Assembly (NCBI GenBank): GCA_032718475.1
Contig: JAUCBJ010006859.1
Coordinates: 1-64,000, forward strand
Direction of reading: 5' to 3'
Source: Nemertoderma westbladi
Lineage: Eukaryota > Animalia > Xenacoelomorpha
DNA: 64,000 bases
How positions within the stretch are numbered: position 1 is the first letter of the stretch; each line of letters begins with the position of its first letter. A program made the position numbers and the translations under genes. The notes under the pieces are model-generated. The model was given only the letters and a program-made list of their open reading frames with translations, searched no databases and was not told the DNA's origin. This document shows, piece by piece, positions 42,601-53,643 of this stretch.

Positions 42601-45600
42601 TCCCTGATTCTCGTGTTGTTTTATGTAAATGCCTCCCTTACTTACCTCCCGCTCCCTGATTCTCGTGTTGTTCTATGTAAATGCCTCCCTTACTTACCTC
42701 CCGCTCCCTGATTCTCGTGTTGTTCTATGTAAATGACTCCACTTACCTCTCGCTCCCTGATTCTCGTGTTGTTCTATGTAAATGCCTCCCTTAATTACCT
42801 CCCGCTCCCTGATTCTCGTGTTGTTCTATGTAAATGACTCCACTTACCTCCCGCTCCCTGATTCTCGTGTTGTTCTATGTAAATGCCTCCCTTACTTACC
42901 CCCCGCTCCCTGATTCTCGTGTTGTTCTATGTAAATGCCTCCCATACTTACCTCCCGCTCCCCGATTCTCGTGTTGTTCTATGTAAATGACTCCCTTACT
43001 TACCTCCCGCTCCCTGATTCTCGTGTTGTTCTATGTAAATGACTCCACTTACCTCCCGCTCCCTGATTCTCGTGTTGTTCTATGTAAATGCCTCCCTTAC
43101 TTACCTCCCGCTCCCTGATTCTCGTGTTGTTCTATGTAAATGCCTCCCTTACTTACCTCCCGCTCCCCGATTCTCGTGTTGTTCTATGTAAATGCCTCCC
43201 TTACTTACCTCCCGCTCCCCGATTCTCGTGTTGTTCTATGTAAATGCCTCCCTTACTTACCTCCCGCTCCCTGATTCTCGTGTTGTTCTATGTAAATGCC
43301 TCCCTTACTTACCTCCCGCTCCCTGATTCTCGTGTTGTTCTATGTAAATGCCTCCCTTACTTACCTCCCGCTCCCCGATTCTCGTGTTGTTCTATGTAAA
43401 TGCCTCCCTTACTTACCTCCCGCTCCCTGATTCTCGTGTTGTTCTATGTAAATGCCTCCCTTACTTACCTCCCGCTCCCTGATTCTCGTGTTGTTCTATG
43501 TAAATGCCTCCCTTACTCCCGCTCCCTGATTCTCGTGTTGTTCTATGTAAATGCCTCCCTTACTTATCTCCCGCTCCCTGATTCTCGTGTTGTTCTATGT
43601 AAATGCCTCCCTTACTTATCTCCCGCTCCCTGAGTCTCGTGTTGTTCTATGTAAATGCCTCCCTTACTTACCTCCCGCTCCCCGATTCTCGTGTTGTTCT
43701 ATGTAAATGCCTCCCTTACTTACCTCCCGCTCCCTGATTCTCGTGTTGTTCTATGTAAATGCCTCCCTTACTTACCTCCCGCTCCCTGATTCTCGTGTTG
43801 TTCTATGTAAATGCCTCCCTTACTTACCTCCCGCTCCCCGATTCTCGTGTTGTTCTATGTAAATGCCTCCCTTACTTACCTCCCGCTCCCTGATTCTCGT
43901 GTTGTTCTATGTAAATACCTCCCTTACTTACCTCCCGCTCCCCGATTCTCGTGTTGTTCTATGTAAATGCCTCCCTTACTTACCTCCCGCTCCCTGATTC
44001 TCGTGTTGTTCTATGTAAATGCCTCCCTTACTTACCTCCCGCTCCCTGATTCTCGTGTTGTTCTATGTAAATGCCTCCCTTACTTACCTCCCGCTCCCTG
44101 ATTCTCGTGTTGTTCTATGTAAATGACTCCACTTACCTCCCGCTCCCTGATTCTCGTGTTGTTCTATGTAAATGCCTCCCTTACTTACCTTCCGCTCCCT
44201 GATTCTCGTGTTGTTCTATGTAAATGACTCCACTTACCTCCCGCTCCCTGATTCTCGTGTTGTTCTATGTAAATGCCTCCCTTACTTACCCCCCGCTCCC
44301 TGATTCTCGTGTTGTTCTATGTAAATGCCTCCCATACTTACCTCCCGCTCCCCGATTCTCGTGTTGTTCTATGTAAATAACTCCCTTACTTACCTCCCGC
44401 TCCCTGATTCTCGTGTTGTTCTATGTAAATGACTCCACTTACCTCCCGCTCCCTGATTCTCGTGTTGTTCTATGTAAATGCCTCCCTTACTTACCTCCCG
44501 CTCCCCGATTCTCGTGTTGTTCTATGTAAATGACTCCCTTACTTACCTCCCGCTCCCTGATTCTCGTGTTGTTCTATGTAAATGACTCCACTTACCTCCC
44601 GCTCCCTGATTCTCGTGTTGTTCTATGTAAATGCCTCCCTTACTTACCTCCCGCTCCCTGATTCTCGTGTTGTTCTATGTAAATGACTCCACTTACCTCC
44701 CGCTCCCTGATTCTCGTGTTGTTCTATGTAAATGCCTCCCTTACTTACCTCCCGCTCCCCGATTCTCGTGTTGTTCTATGTAAATGCCTCCCTTACTTAC
44801 CTCCCGCTCCCTGATTCTCGTGTTGTTCTATGTAAATGCCTCCCTTACTTACCTCCTGCTCCCTGATTCTCGTGTTGTTCTATGTAAATGCCTCCCTTAC
44901 TTACCCCCCGCTCCCTGATTCTCGTGTTGTTCTATGTAAATGCCTCCCTTACTTACCTCCCGCTCCCTGATTCTCGTGTTGTTCTATGTAAATGCCTCCC
45001 TTACTTACCTCCCGCTCCCTGATTCTCGTGTTGTTCTATGTAAATGCCTCCCTTACTTAACTCCCGCTCCCTGATTCTCGTGTTGTTCTATGTAAATGCC
45101 TCCCATACTTACCTCCCGCTCCCTGATTCTCGTGTTGTTCTATGTAAATGCCTCCCATACTTACCTCCCGCTCCCTGATTCACGTGTTGTTCTATGTAAA
45201 TGCCTCCCATACTTACCTCCCGCTCCCTGATTCTCGTGTTGTTCTATGTAAATGCCTCCCTTACTTACCCCCCGCTCCCTGATTCTCGTGTTGTTCTATG
45301 TAAATGCCTCCACTTACCTCCCGCTCCCTGATTCTCGTGTTGTTCTATGTAAATGCCTCCCATACTTACCTCCCGCTCCCTGATTCTCGTGTTGTTCTAT
45401 GTAAATGCCTCCCTTACTTACCCCCCGCTCCCTGATTCTCGTGTTGTTCTATGTAAATGCCTCCCATACTTACCTCCCGCTCCCTGATTCTCGTGTTGTT
45501 CTATGAAAATGCCTCCCATACTTACCTCCCGCTCCCTGATTCACGTGTTGTTCTATGTAAATGCCTCCCATACTTACCTCCCGCTCCCAGATTCTCGTGT

Positions 45601-48600
45601 TGTTCTATGTAAATGCCTCCCATACTTACCTCCCGCTCCCTGATTCTCGTGTTGTTCTATGTAAATGCCTCCCTTACTTACCCCCCGCTCCCTGATTCTC
45701 GTGTTGTTCTATGTAAATGCCTCCACTTACCTCCCGCTCCCTGATTCTCGTGTTGTTCTATGTAAATGCCTCCACTTACCTCCCGCTCCCTGATTCTCGT
45801 GTTGTTCTATGTAAAGGCCTCCCATACTTACCTCCCGCTCCCTGATTCTCGTGTTGTTCTATGTAAATGCCTCCCTTACTTACCCCCCGCTCCCTGATTC
45901 TCGTGTTGTTCTATGTAAATGCCTCCCATACTTACCTCCCGCTCCCTGATTCTCGTGTTGTTCTATGTAAATGCCTCCCTTACTTACCCCCCGCTCCCTG
46001 ATTCTCGTGTTGTTCTATGTAAATGCCTCCCATACTTACCTCCCGCTCCCTGATTCTCGTGTTGTTCTATGTAAATGCCTCCCTTACTTACCTCCCGCTC
46101 CCTGATTCTCGTGTTGTTCTATGTAAATGCCTCCCTTACTTACCTCCCGCTCCCTGATTCTCGTGTTGTTCTATGTAAATGCCTCCCTTACTTACCTACC
46201 GCTCCCCGATTCTCGTGTTGTTCTATGTAAATGCCTCCCTTACTTACCTCCCGCTCCCTGATTCTCGTGTTGTTCTATGTAAATGCCTCCCTTACTTACC
46301 TCCCGCTCCCTGATTCTCGTGTTGTTCTATGTAAATGCCTCCCTTACTTACCTCCCGCTCCCTGATTCTCGTGTTGTTCTATGTAAATGCCTCTCTTACT
46401 TACCTCCCGCTCCCCGATTCTCGTGTTGCTCTATGTAAATGCCTCCCATACTTACCTCCCGCTCCCTGATTCACGTGTTGTTCTATGTAAATGCCTCCCA
46501 TACTTACCTCCCGCTCCCTGATTCTCGTGTTGTTCTATATAAATGCCTCCCTTACTTACCTCCCGCTCCCTGATTCTCGTGTTGTTCTATGTAAATGCCT
46601 CCACTTACCTCCCGCTCCCTGATTCTCGTGTTGTTCTATGTAAATGCCTCCCTTACTTACCCCCCGCTCACTGATTCTCGTGTTGTTCTATGTAAATGCC
46701 TCCCTTACTTACCTCCCGCTCCCTGATTCTCGTGTTGTTCTATGTAAATGCCTCCTTTACTTACCTCCCGCTCCCTGATTCTCGTGTTGTTCTATGTAAA
46801 TGCCTCCCTTACTTACCTCCCGCTCCCCGATTCTCGTGTTGTTCTATGTAAATGCCTCCCTTACTTACCTCCCGCTCCCCGATTCTCGTGTTGTTCTATG
46901 TAAATGCCTCCCTTACTTACCTCCCGCTCCCTGATTCTCGTGTTGTTCTATGTAAATGCCTCCCTTACTTACCTCCCGCTCCCCGATTCTCGTGTTGTTC
47001 TATGTAAATGCCTCCCTTACTTACCTCCCGCTCCCTGATTCTCGTGTTGTTCTATGTAAATGCCTCCCTTACTTACCTCCCGCTCCCTGATTCTCGTGTT
47101 GTTCTATGTAAATGCCTCCCTTACTTACCTCCCGCTCCCCGATTCTCGTGTTGTTCTATGTAAATGCCTCCCTTACTTACCTCCCGCTCCCTGATTCTCG
47201 TGTTGTTCTATGTAAATGACTCCACTTACCTCCCGCTCCCTGATTCTCGTGTTGTTCTATGTAAATGCCTCCACTTACCTCCCGCTCCCTGATTCTCGTG
47301 TTGTTCTATGTAAATGCCTCCACTTACCTTCCGCTCCCTGATTCTCGTGTTGTTCTATGTAAATGCCTCCACTTACCTCCCGCTCCCCGATTCTCGTGTT
47401 GTTCTATGTAAATGCCTCCCTTACTTACCTCCCGCTCCCTGATTCTCGTGTTGTTCTATGTAAATGACTCCCTTACTTACCTCCCGCTCACTGATTCTCG
47501 TGTTGTTCTATGTAAATGCCTCCACTTACCTCCCGCTCCCTGATTCTCGTGTTGTTCTATGTAAATGCCTCCCTTACTTATCTCTCGCTCCCTGATTCTC
47601 GTGTTGTTCTATGTAAATGCCTCCCTTACTTACCTCCCGCTCCCCGATTCTCGTGTTGTTCTATGTAAATGCCTCCCTTACTTACCTCCCGCTCACTGAT
47701 TCTCGTGTTGTTCTATGTAAATGCCTCCCTTACTTACCTCCCGCTCCCCGATTCTCGTGTTGTTCTATGTAAATGCCTCCCTTACTTACCTCCCGCTCCC
47801 CGATTCTCGTGTTGTTCTATGTAAATGCCTCCCTTACTTACCTCCCGCTCCCTGATTCTCGTGTTGTTCTATGTAAATGCCTCCCTTACTTACCTCCCGC
47901 TCCCCGATTCTCGTGTTGTTCTATGTAAATGCCTCCCTTACTTACCTCCCGCTCCCTGATTCTCGTGTTGTTCTATGTAAATGCCTCCCTTACTTACCTC
48001 CCGTTCCCTGATTCTCGTGTTGTTCTATGTAAATGCCTCCCTTACTTACCTCCCGCTCCCTGATTCTCGTGTTGTTCTATGTAAATGCCTCCCTTACTTA
48101 CCTCCCGCTCCCCGATTCTCGTGTTGTTCTATGTAAATGACTCCACTTACCTCCCGCTCCCCGATTCTCGTGTTGTTCTATGTAAATGACTCCACTTACA
48201 TCCCGCTCCCTGATTCTCGTGTTGTTCTATGTAAATGCCTCCACTTACCTCCCGCTCCCTGATTCTCGTGTTGTTCTATGTAAATGCCTCCCTTACTTAC
48301 CTCCCGCACCCCGATTCTCGTGTTGTTCTATGTAAATACCTCCCTTACTTATCTCCCGCTCCCTGATTCTCGTGTTGTTCTATGTAAATGCCTCCCTTAC
48401 TTACCTCCCGCTCCCTGATTCTCGTGTTGTTCTATGTAAATGCCTCCCTTACTTACCTCCCGCTCCCCGATTCTCGTGTTGTTCTATGTAAATGCCTCCA
48501 CTTACCTCCCGCTCCCTGATTCTCGTGTTGTTCTATGTAAATGCCTCCCTTACTTACCTCCCGCTCCCCGATTCTCGTGTTGTTCTATGTAAATGACTCC

Positions 48601-49227
48601 ACTTACCTCCCGCACCCCGATTCTCGTGTTGTTCTATGTAAATGCCTCCCTTACTTACCTCCCGCTCCCTGATTCTCGTGTTGTTCTATGTAAATGCCTC
48701 CCTTACTTACCTCCCGCTCACTGATTCTCGTGTTGTTCTATGTAAATGACTCCACTTACCTCCCGCACCCCGATTCTCGTGTTGTTCTATGTAAATGACT
48801 CCCTTACTTACCTCCCGCTCCCCGATTCTCGTGTTGTTCTATGTAAATGCCTCCCTTACTTACCTCCCGCTCCCTGATTCTCGTGTTGTTCTATGTAAAT
48901 GCCTCCCTTACTTGCCTCCCGCTCCCTGATTCTCGTGTTGTTCTATGTAAATGCCTCCCTTACTTACCTCCCGCTCCCTGATTCTCGTGTTGTTCTATGT
49001 AAATGCCTCCCTTACTTACCTCCCGCTCCCTGATTCTCGTGTTGTTCTATGTAATTGCCTCCCTTACTTACCTCCCGCTCCCTGATTCTCGTGTTGTTCT
49101 ATGTAAATGCCTCCCTTACTTACCTCCCGCTCCCCGATTCTCGTGTTGTTCTATGTAAATGCCTCCCTTACTTACCTCCCGCTCCCTGATTCTCGTGTTG
49201 TTCTATGTAAATGCTTCCCTTACTTAC
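12645..49227 (-). other. EFL1: Last coding intron of EFL1, 36,583 bp, GT-AG, phase 0
   Basis: Donor CATTGGGAG|GTAAGT at 49227 and acceptor CTTCAG| at 12645. Joining gives the colinear ...[19 protein letters not shown]... of EFL1. Confidence 0.9.
12790..12945 (+). repeat. Possible SINE-like 3' remnant ending in a (TTTCCC)n tail
   Basis: A GC-richer island ending in TTTCCTTTCCCTTTCCCTTTCCTTTC. No A/B boxes identified. Confidence 0.25.
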
Positions 49228-49232
49228 CTCCC
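13034..49232. repeat. Giant tandem satellite, 52-bp unit, about 700 copies
   Basis: Unit CTTACCTCCCGCTCCCTGATTCTCGTGTTGTTCTATGTAAATGCCTCCCTTA, uninterrupted for ~36.2 kb (36,199/52 is about 696). Recurrent 49-bp and 58-bp variants. No unique spacers. Confidence 0.99.
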
Positions 49233-49412
49233 AATGCGTAAATTCAAGTTGAGGATTCGCTAATCCACTAGTCCGTTTTCTTATTTCGTCAGCGAAACCT
49301 AAACTTTCTGCAACGGGTAATATTGCAGATATATTGAATATAGAAGACCCCTCCAGCATCGTGTCGCTAAGGATACGCCCTTGGCGCTTGTTCAATACAG
49401 CGTAGAGTTTAC
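49228..49412 (-). CDS. EFL1: EFL1 penultimate coding exon (EF-G/EF-2 domain V)
   Basis: (G)[61 protein letters not shown]. Acceptor CTTTAG, donor GTAAGT, and phases 1/0 fit both neighbouring exons. Confidence 0.95.
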
Positions 49413-49787
49413 CTAAAGATAATGTAAGCATGTACCAATGTTACAAATGGAAAAAATGTAGACTTTAGTTTTAGAGAAAAACATACGCCTTGGACACTAG
49501 GCCTACGACTTTAGGATGATTAATTAAAATATACAAACTGATTAGGGAAAAAAATAGGTGAGATATTTACCCGCATCCAATCTGCGCTAATTAATGGAAA
49601 GGAGTAGGTTATCAGTGGCATGAAAAACAATAAACAGGTTACAGTTTCATAATCAGCTACACAATGACTTAATTAAGTTGTAATTATTTATCGGGCGGAG
49701 ATTGGACGATGGAGAGGAAGTTTCCACTAAAATGCCGTCACATTTATAAACGGATTATTTCTGAATTACTACCAAAGCGAGACTCAC

Positions 49788-49956
49788 CCAAAACATCCGC
49801 GGTAGCTTGAATGTTACAAGTGTACATTGCTGCGACTAGTCGCAGCGGTTGAACTTGCATACATCTACGACAACATTCCTTTACTGTTGATATAAGTTGC
49901 CCTGACAACATACCCAAATCAACATGAGTTGAGATTTTCTCGGTTTTATTATTGTC
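49788..49956 (-). CDS. EFL1: EFL1 internal coding exon (end of domain IV into domain V)
   Basis: [57 protein letters not shown]. Acceptor TTATTGTGTTTCTAG, donor G|GTGAGT. Confidence 0.92.
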
Positions 49957-50451
49957 CTAGAAACACAATAAAAACAAACAAACTGTGAAGGAAATAAATA
50001 CCGTAGAAACATGAAAAACTTCATCAGTAAAACTGAAAGTAATATATCTTTATCGTTGAGTCGGAGTATTGCCTCGCTCTCCGTAAAGTTGTACGAGTGT
50101 CATTACATTTTATATTGGTTTTAGGTTAGCGTAGTGTAATATTGTATTTGTAACCAAGTAACACAAAGGGACCCCCTTGGAAATAAGCTGCAAAGCTTTA
50201 GGGGTAATCCTATATGTTATGTTGGAGCAATACCTTTATACCGGTACATTGTTTGGTGTATTTGTTATTGTTTTTAAATAGTGTATAAATAAATCTATCT
50301 TGCCATCTCAGCGATAACGAGCAGTTACTGATTGGTTGGTTACATGGATGGCAGTGAGTGGCCGCCCTAACTACGTAGTGTGGTAGAGCACCGAATCGAA
50401 GCTCACTCAGGCAGGGCGCTGTTCGATTTTGTAATAATATTCGCAATATAT

Positions 50452-50452
<1 letters not shown>

Positions 50453-50497
<45 letters not shown>

Positions 50498-50522
50498 ACC
50501 CCCCCCCCCCCCCCCCCCCCCC
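50453..50522. repeat. ~70-nt poly(C)/poly(G) tract
   Basis: A C run with a single interrupting A. A shorter run lies at about 8673-8694. Confidence 0.9.
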
Positions 50523-50616
50523 TATTTGGAAAACGGGCATCCTCATAAGTTTTGACTCGCCACACACTGACACAGTCCAATCATGAATTACTGTAACTAC
50601 TGTAGTGGTGAAAAAT

Positions 50617-51638
50617 GGAAGGTACTTAAAGAGCAACACGACCGAACACAGTCGAACACACTCCAAAAACTGCCGAACACAATCGAACACAGTCGAAAAT
50701 AGAAAGAGCGCAAAAAATTACACAGGGTACCAACTTTTAGATAAAATTATCCACGCGTTGCTTTTCTATAAGTCAATTCCCGAAATTATTGAATAAAATT
50801 GTCGCGAAATTAAATATTCAGGTACCGGTAGCTATGTTGTACCGATACAGTACGTCATGTACGTACGGTAACCGGTGGTAGGCCTAACTTCCTAATTCAA
50901 CTTCAGCAATCAGTTCCAGCTCACTGAGCTGTTCCAGTACACAGTCAGTTACACGGGTTAGCTAACCCGCTCTTACTATATTTATGTGACAGGTACGGTA
51001 TCCGGTAGGCTTCCCTACATAGTTTGTTGTACATTACAACAGTACACAACAAATTAATAATTTTTTGTTTCCAACCTACCGGTAGGCGACAAGCTGATCT
51101 GATAAGAAATGAATATTTAATTTCGCGACGATTTTTTTTTTTTTTTAATAACTACACCCCAGTCGGGGTAAAATGACTGTATATTAATTAATTTTAATTA
51201 AATACCATATAATATTATATACACCGAAATAACATGATAATTATTGAAGTCGATACAGTACAGTTTAGTTAGGCCTTATATTGATTTATTATGGTTGTGC
51301 TAAGGTTGATAAGGGTGGACAAAGTGTACATGAAAGACAGTGATAGCGGTCCGAGCATGAGTGCTGGCAGAATCGGCAGACGCAGTTCTGTGACAGCGGG
51401 TGAAAAGGAGTTTGATCGGTGCAGATCGGATTTCGCGACGATTTTATTCCATAATTTCGGGAATTTACTTATAGAAAAGCAACGCGTGGCTAATTTTATC
51501 TATTTAAGGTTTGGTACCAGGTGTTATTGTTTTGTGCTCTTTCTATTTTCGACTGTGTTCGATTGTGTTCGGCAGATTTTGGAGTGTGTTCGGGTGTGTT
51601 CTTGTGTGTTCGGTCGTGTTGCTCTTTAAGTACCTTCC
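50617..51638. mobile_element. Mutator (MULE)/foldback-like non-autonomous element with ~200-bp TIRs and a 9-bp TSD
   Basis: GGAAGGTACTTAAAGAGCAACACGACCGAACAC... at 50617 is mirrored by ...GTGTTCGGTCGTGTTGCTCTTTAAGTACCTTCC ending at 51638. GTGAAAAAT is duplicated exactly on both flanks (50608-50616 and 51639-51647). Confidence 0.85.
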
Positions 51639-51894
51639 GTGAAAAATAAAGTTATTGTTTTCAGATCGTCAAAGTCTATGGAGCGTCGAGCGTAGTTCTG
51701 GTCAAATAGACAAGTAATTTTCGTTGCATGGGTCTCATGCGAGATTGCCGTTTCGCTGCTGGCTGAAGCTGCGCTCCTCGTTGTGAAAAATGCATTCTTA
51801 CGTATTGCGTCCTGCTTCGCTTACGCATATTTCTAGTATTCTGTACAATTTCTGTGCATGGTGGATGATACATGGTAAACTTTAATGCTAATGA

Positions 51895-52346
51895 TACGGT
51901 GGCTATTTGCGGGCAATTATTTCCATTTTTTAAATTATTTTTCACCGGGTAAAAACACTTATCACCCGGGTGAAAATAGTTATCACACGGGTGAAAAACA
52001 TTTATCACCCGGGTGAAAAACATTTATCACCTGGGTGAAAAACATTTATCACCCGGGTGAAAAACATGTATCAGAACTCTGAACATATGTAGTTAGTTTC
52101 CTTATAAATAATATCAAAAGCTCATTTTGATCCAGATTCACTCTTGGCGAATTAACATCTCGACCAATGTTAATGATCAATTAAGGGAAATGATCAGGTT
52201 ACAGTGGCATGATATTCTAACCAAAACAATAAACGAAAGTCAATATAGTTAAACATTTAAATATTTTTCACCCGGTTGATAAATGTTTTTCACCCGGGTG
52301 AAAAACATTAAAAAATGGAAATAATTGGCCGCAATCAGCCACCGTG
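51895..52346. mobile_element. MITE with ~37-bp imperfect TIRs and 22-bp subterminal tandem repeats
   Basis: TACGGTGGCTATTTGCGGGCAATTATTTCCATTTTTT is mirrored by AAAAAATGGAAATAATTGGCCGCAATCAGCCACCGTG. Internal TTATCACCCGGGTGAAAAACAT repeats. TAATGA occurs on both flanks. Confidence 0.75.
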
Positions 52347-53314
52347 TAATGATGAAGATCGTTTACGTTTTACATATATATACAGTAATAAAGATCATCA
52401 TTTTTAGTGGATTTGCGATGTTTTTTAGTGATACTACAGTATAAATGAATTACTGCATTTGTTGTATTTTTTAGCGATTTTGGCATTAAATTTATTGAAA
52501 AACAAAAACTTATTATTTTTTAGTGCGGTATATGATAATTTCATTATTTTTAGTGAGTCGAGGAATAGTTGTAACTCTGTCAGTCTGTAACTGTAACTCT
52601 CGTAAACAATTGTAAATCTGTCAATTTTGTCTATGTGATGCCGTATCACAGGATTACCACATAGCTCGCGTTCTTGTACATTCTGGCTCCAGTCTTCTAT
52701 CTAGCGCAGTATCTACTATGAGACTATATATACCGGTACCTGTATACTGTTACAGTGTTAGTTGTGGTTACTGCAGTACTGGCTCAGGACTGCACAGCAC
52801 ACCACACAGATTTACACGGTCTTACAGTCTGACGGTTGGAGATTATAGGATTAATATTACAGCTACAGTACAGCAGTAGTATCCCGGTCCGGTACCGGTA
52901 ATGCGGTAGACAACGGGGAAAAGTGAACACTATTCAAAATTTTAACTTATTAACAGTAGTATTACTGTATTACCGTACAGCCGCACCTCGCAGGCTACAG
53001 TCTGACAGTATACGGTACCGGTAGCTGGACTGTGCAGCTGCTGAGCTGTGAGCTGGTGAGCGTGGGGTACCGGTAAGCCAGTGAGCGTGACAGCGTGAGG
53101 AGGTCTGGAGGTGAGACTGAGACAGAGACAATCTTCTGATCTTAATCTAACAATCTAAAACACAGGTTATGTTAGGCCTATACTGTTATACAGTTATCTG
53201 GTTATAGGCCTACTCCTACTCCTACTGTACCTAATAGAATAAGAACCAGGGAACGTATTATCCAATAAACTGCCAATTGTGTTACCGGTACGCTATCTTT
53301 TGAAAGACTGAAAG

Positions 53315-53643
53315 ATGGCTGCGAGTTTCTTGAGCTACCTACCGGCAAGTCAGATGTCCCATGAGAAGAAATCCACTCTCCTAACTCTCATGATCCTAAC
53401 TATAGCAGCGATTCTCTCCTTCCTAATCAGACTCTTCTCTGTACTCAGATTCGAATCGGTTATTCATGAGTTCGATCCCTACTTTAACTACCGTACCACG
53501 AGATTTCTTGTTGACAATGGCTACTACGACTTCCATAACTGGTTCGATGACCGCGCCTGGTATCCTTTGGGAAGGATTATTGGTGGAACCATCTACCCCG
53601 GGTTGATGATTACATCTACTATATTATATAACCTACTCCATAG
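53315..53643 (+). CDS. STT3A: Oligosaccharyltransferase catalytic subunit STT3A, coding exon 1
   Basis: [24 protein letters not shown]...[26 protein letters not shown]. Donor CATAG|GTTTGT, phase 2. Confidence 0.95.

Noticed and set aside
13034-49227. Classical zero-length recursive splice sites (AG|GT ratchet points) in each unit
   Set aside because: AG does directly precede GTAAGT, but it is GAG after a purine-rich stretch. There is no polypyrimidine tract or YAG, so it does not fit the established motif. Only the TAG 27 nt upstream is a plausible acceptor.
13034-49232. CRISPR array or repeat-encoded proteins (ORFs at 23857, 23909, 36501, 41330, 41382, 43400)
   Set aside because: Units are head-to-tail with no unique spacers, no cas genes are present, and the context is eukaryotic. 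The plus-strand ORFs appear only where indel variants skip the unit's stop codons.
49168-49431. 87-aa ORF as a standalone gene
   Set aside because: It is an internal EFL1 exon (49228-49412) with read-through into intron sequence on both sides.
50380-50690. Poly-Pro / poly-Gly ORFs
   Set aside because: They derive from a pure C homopolymer with no third-position variation, and the run length may be a sequencing artefact.
51665-52023. Acceptor-like TTGTTTTCAG at 51664 and the 115-aa minus-strand ORF
   Set aside because: Plus-strand frames stop quickly, and the minus ORF starts inside MITE repeats with no recognisable homology.
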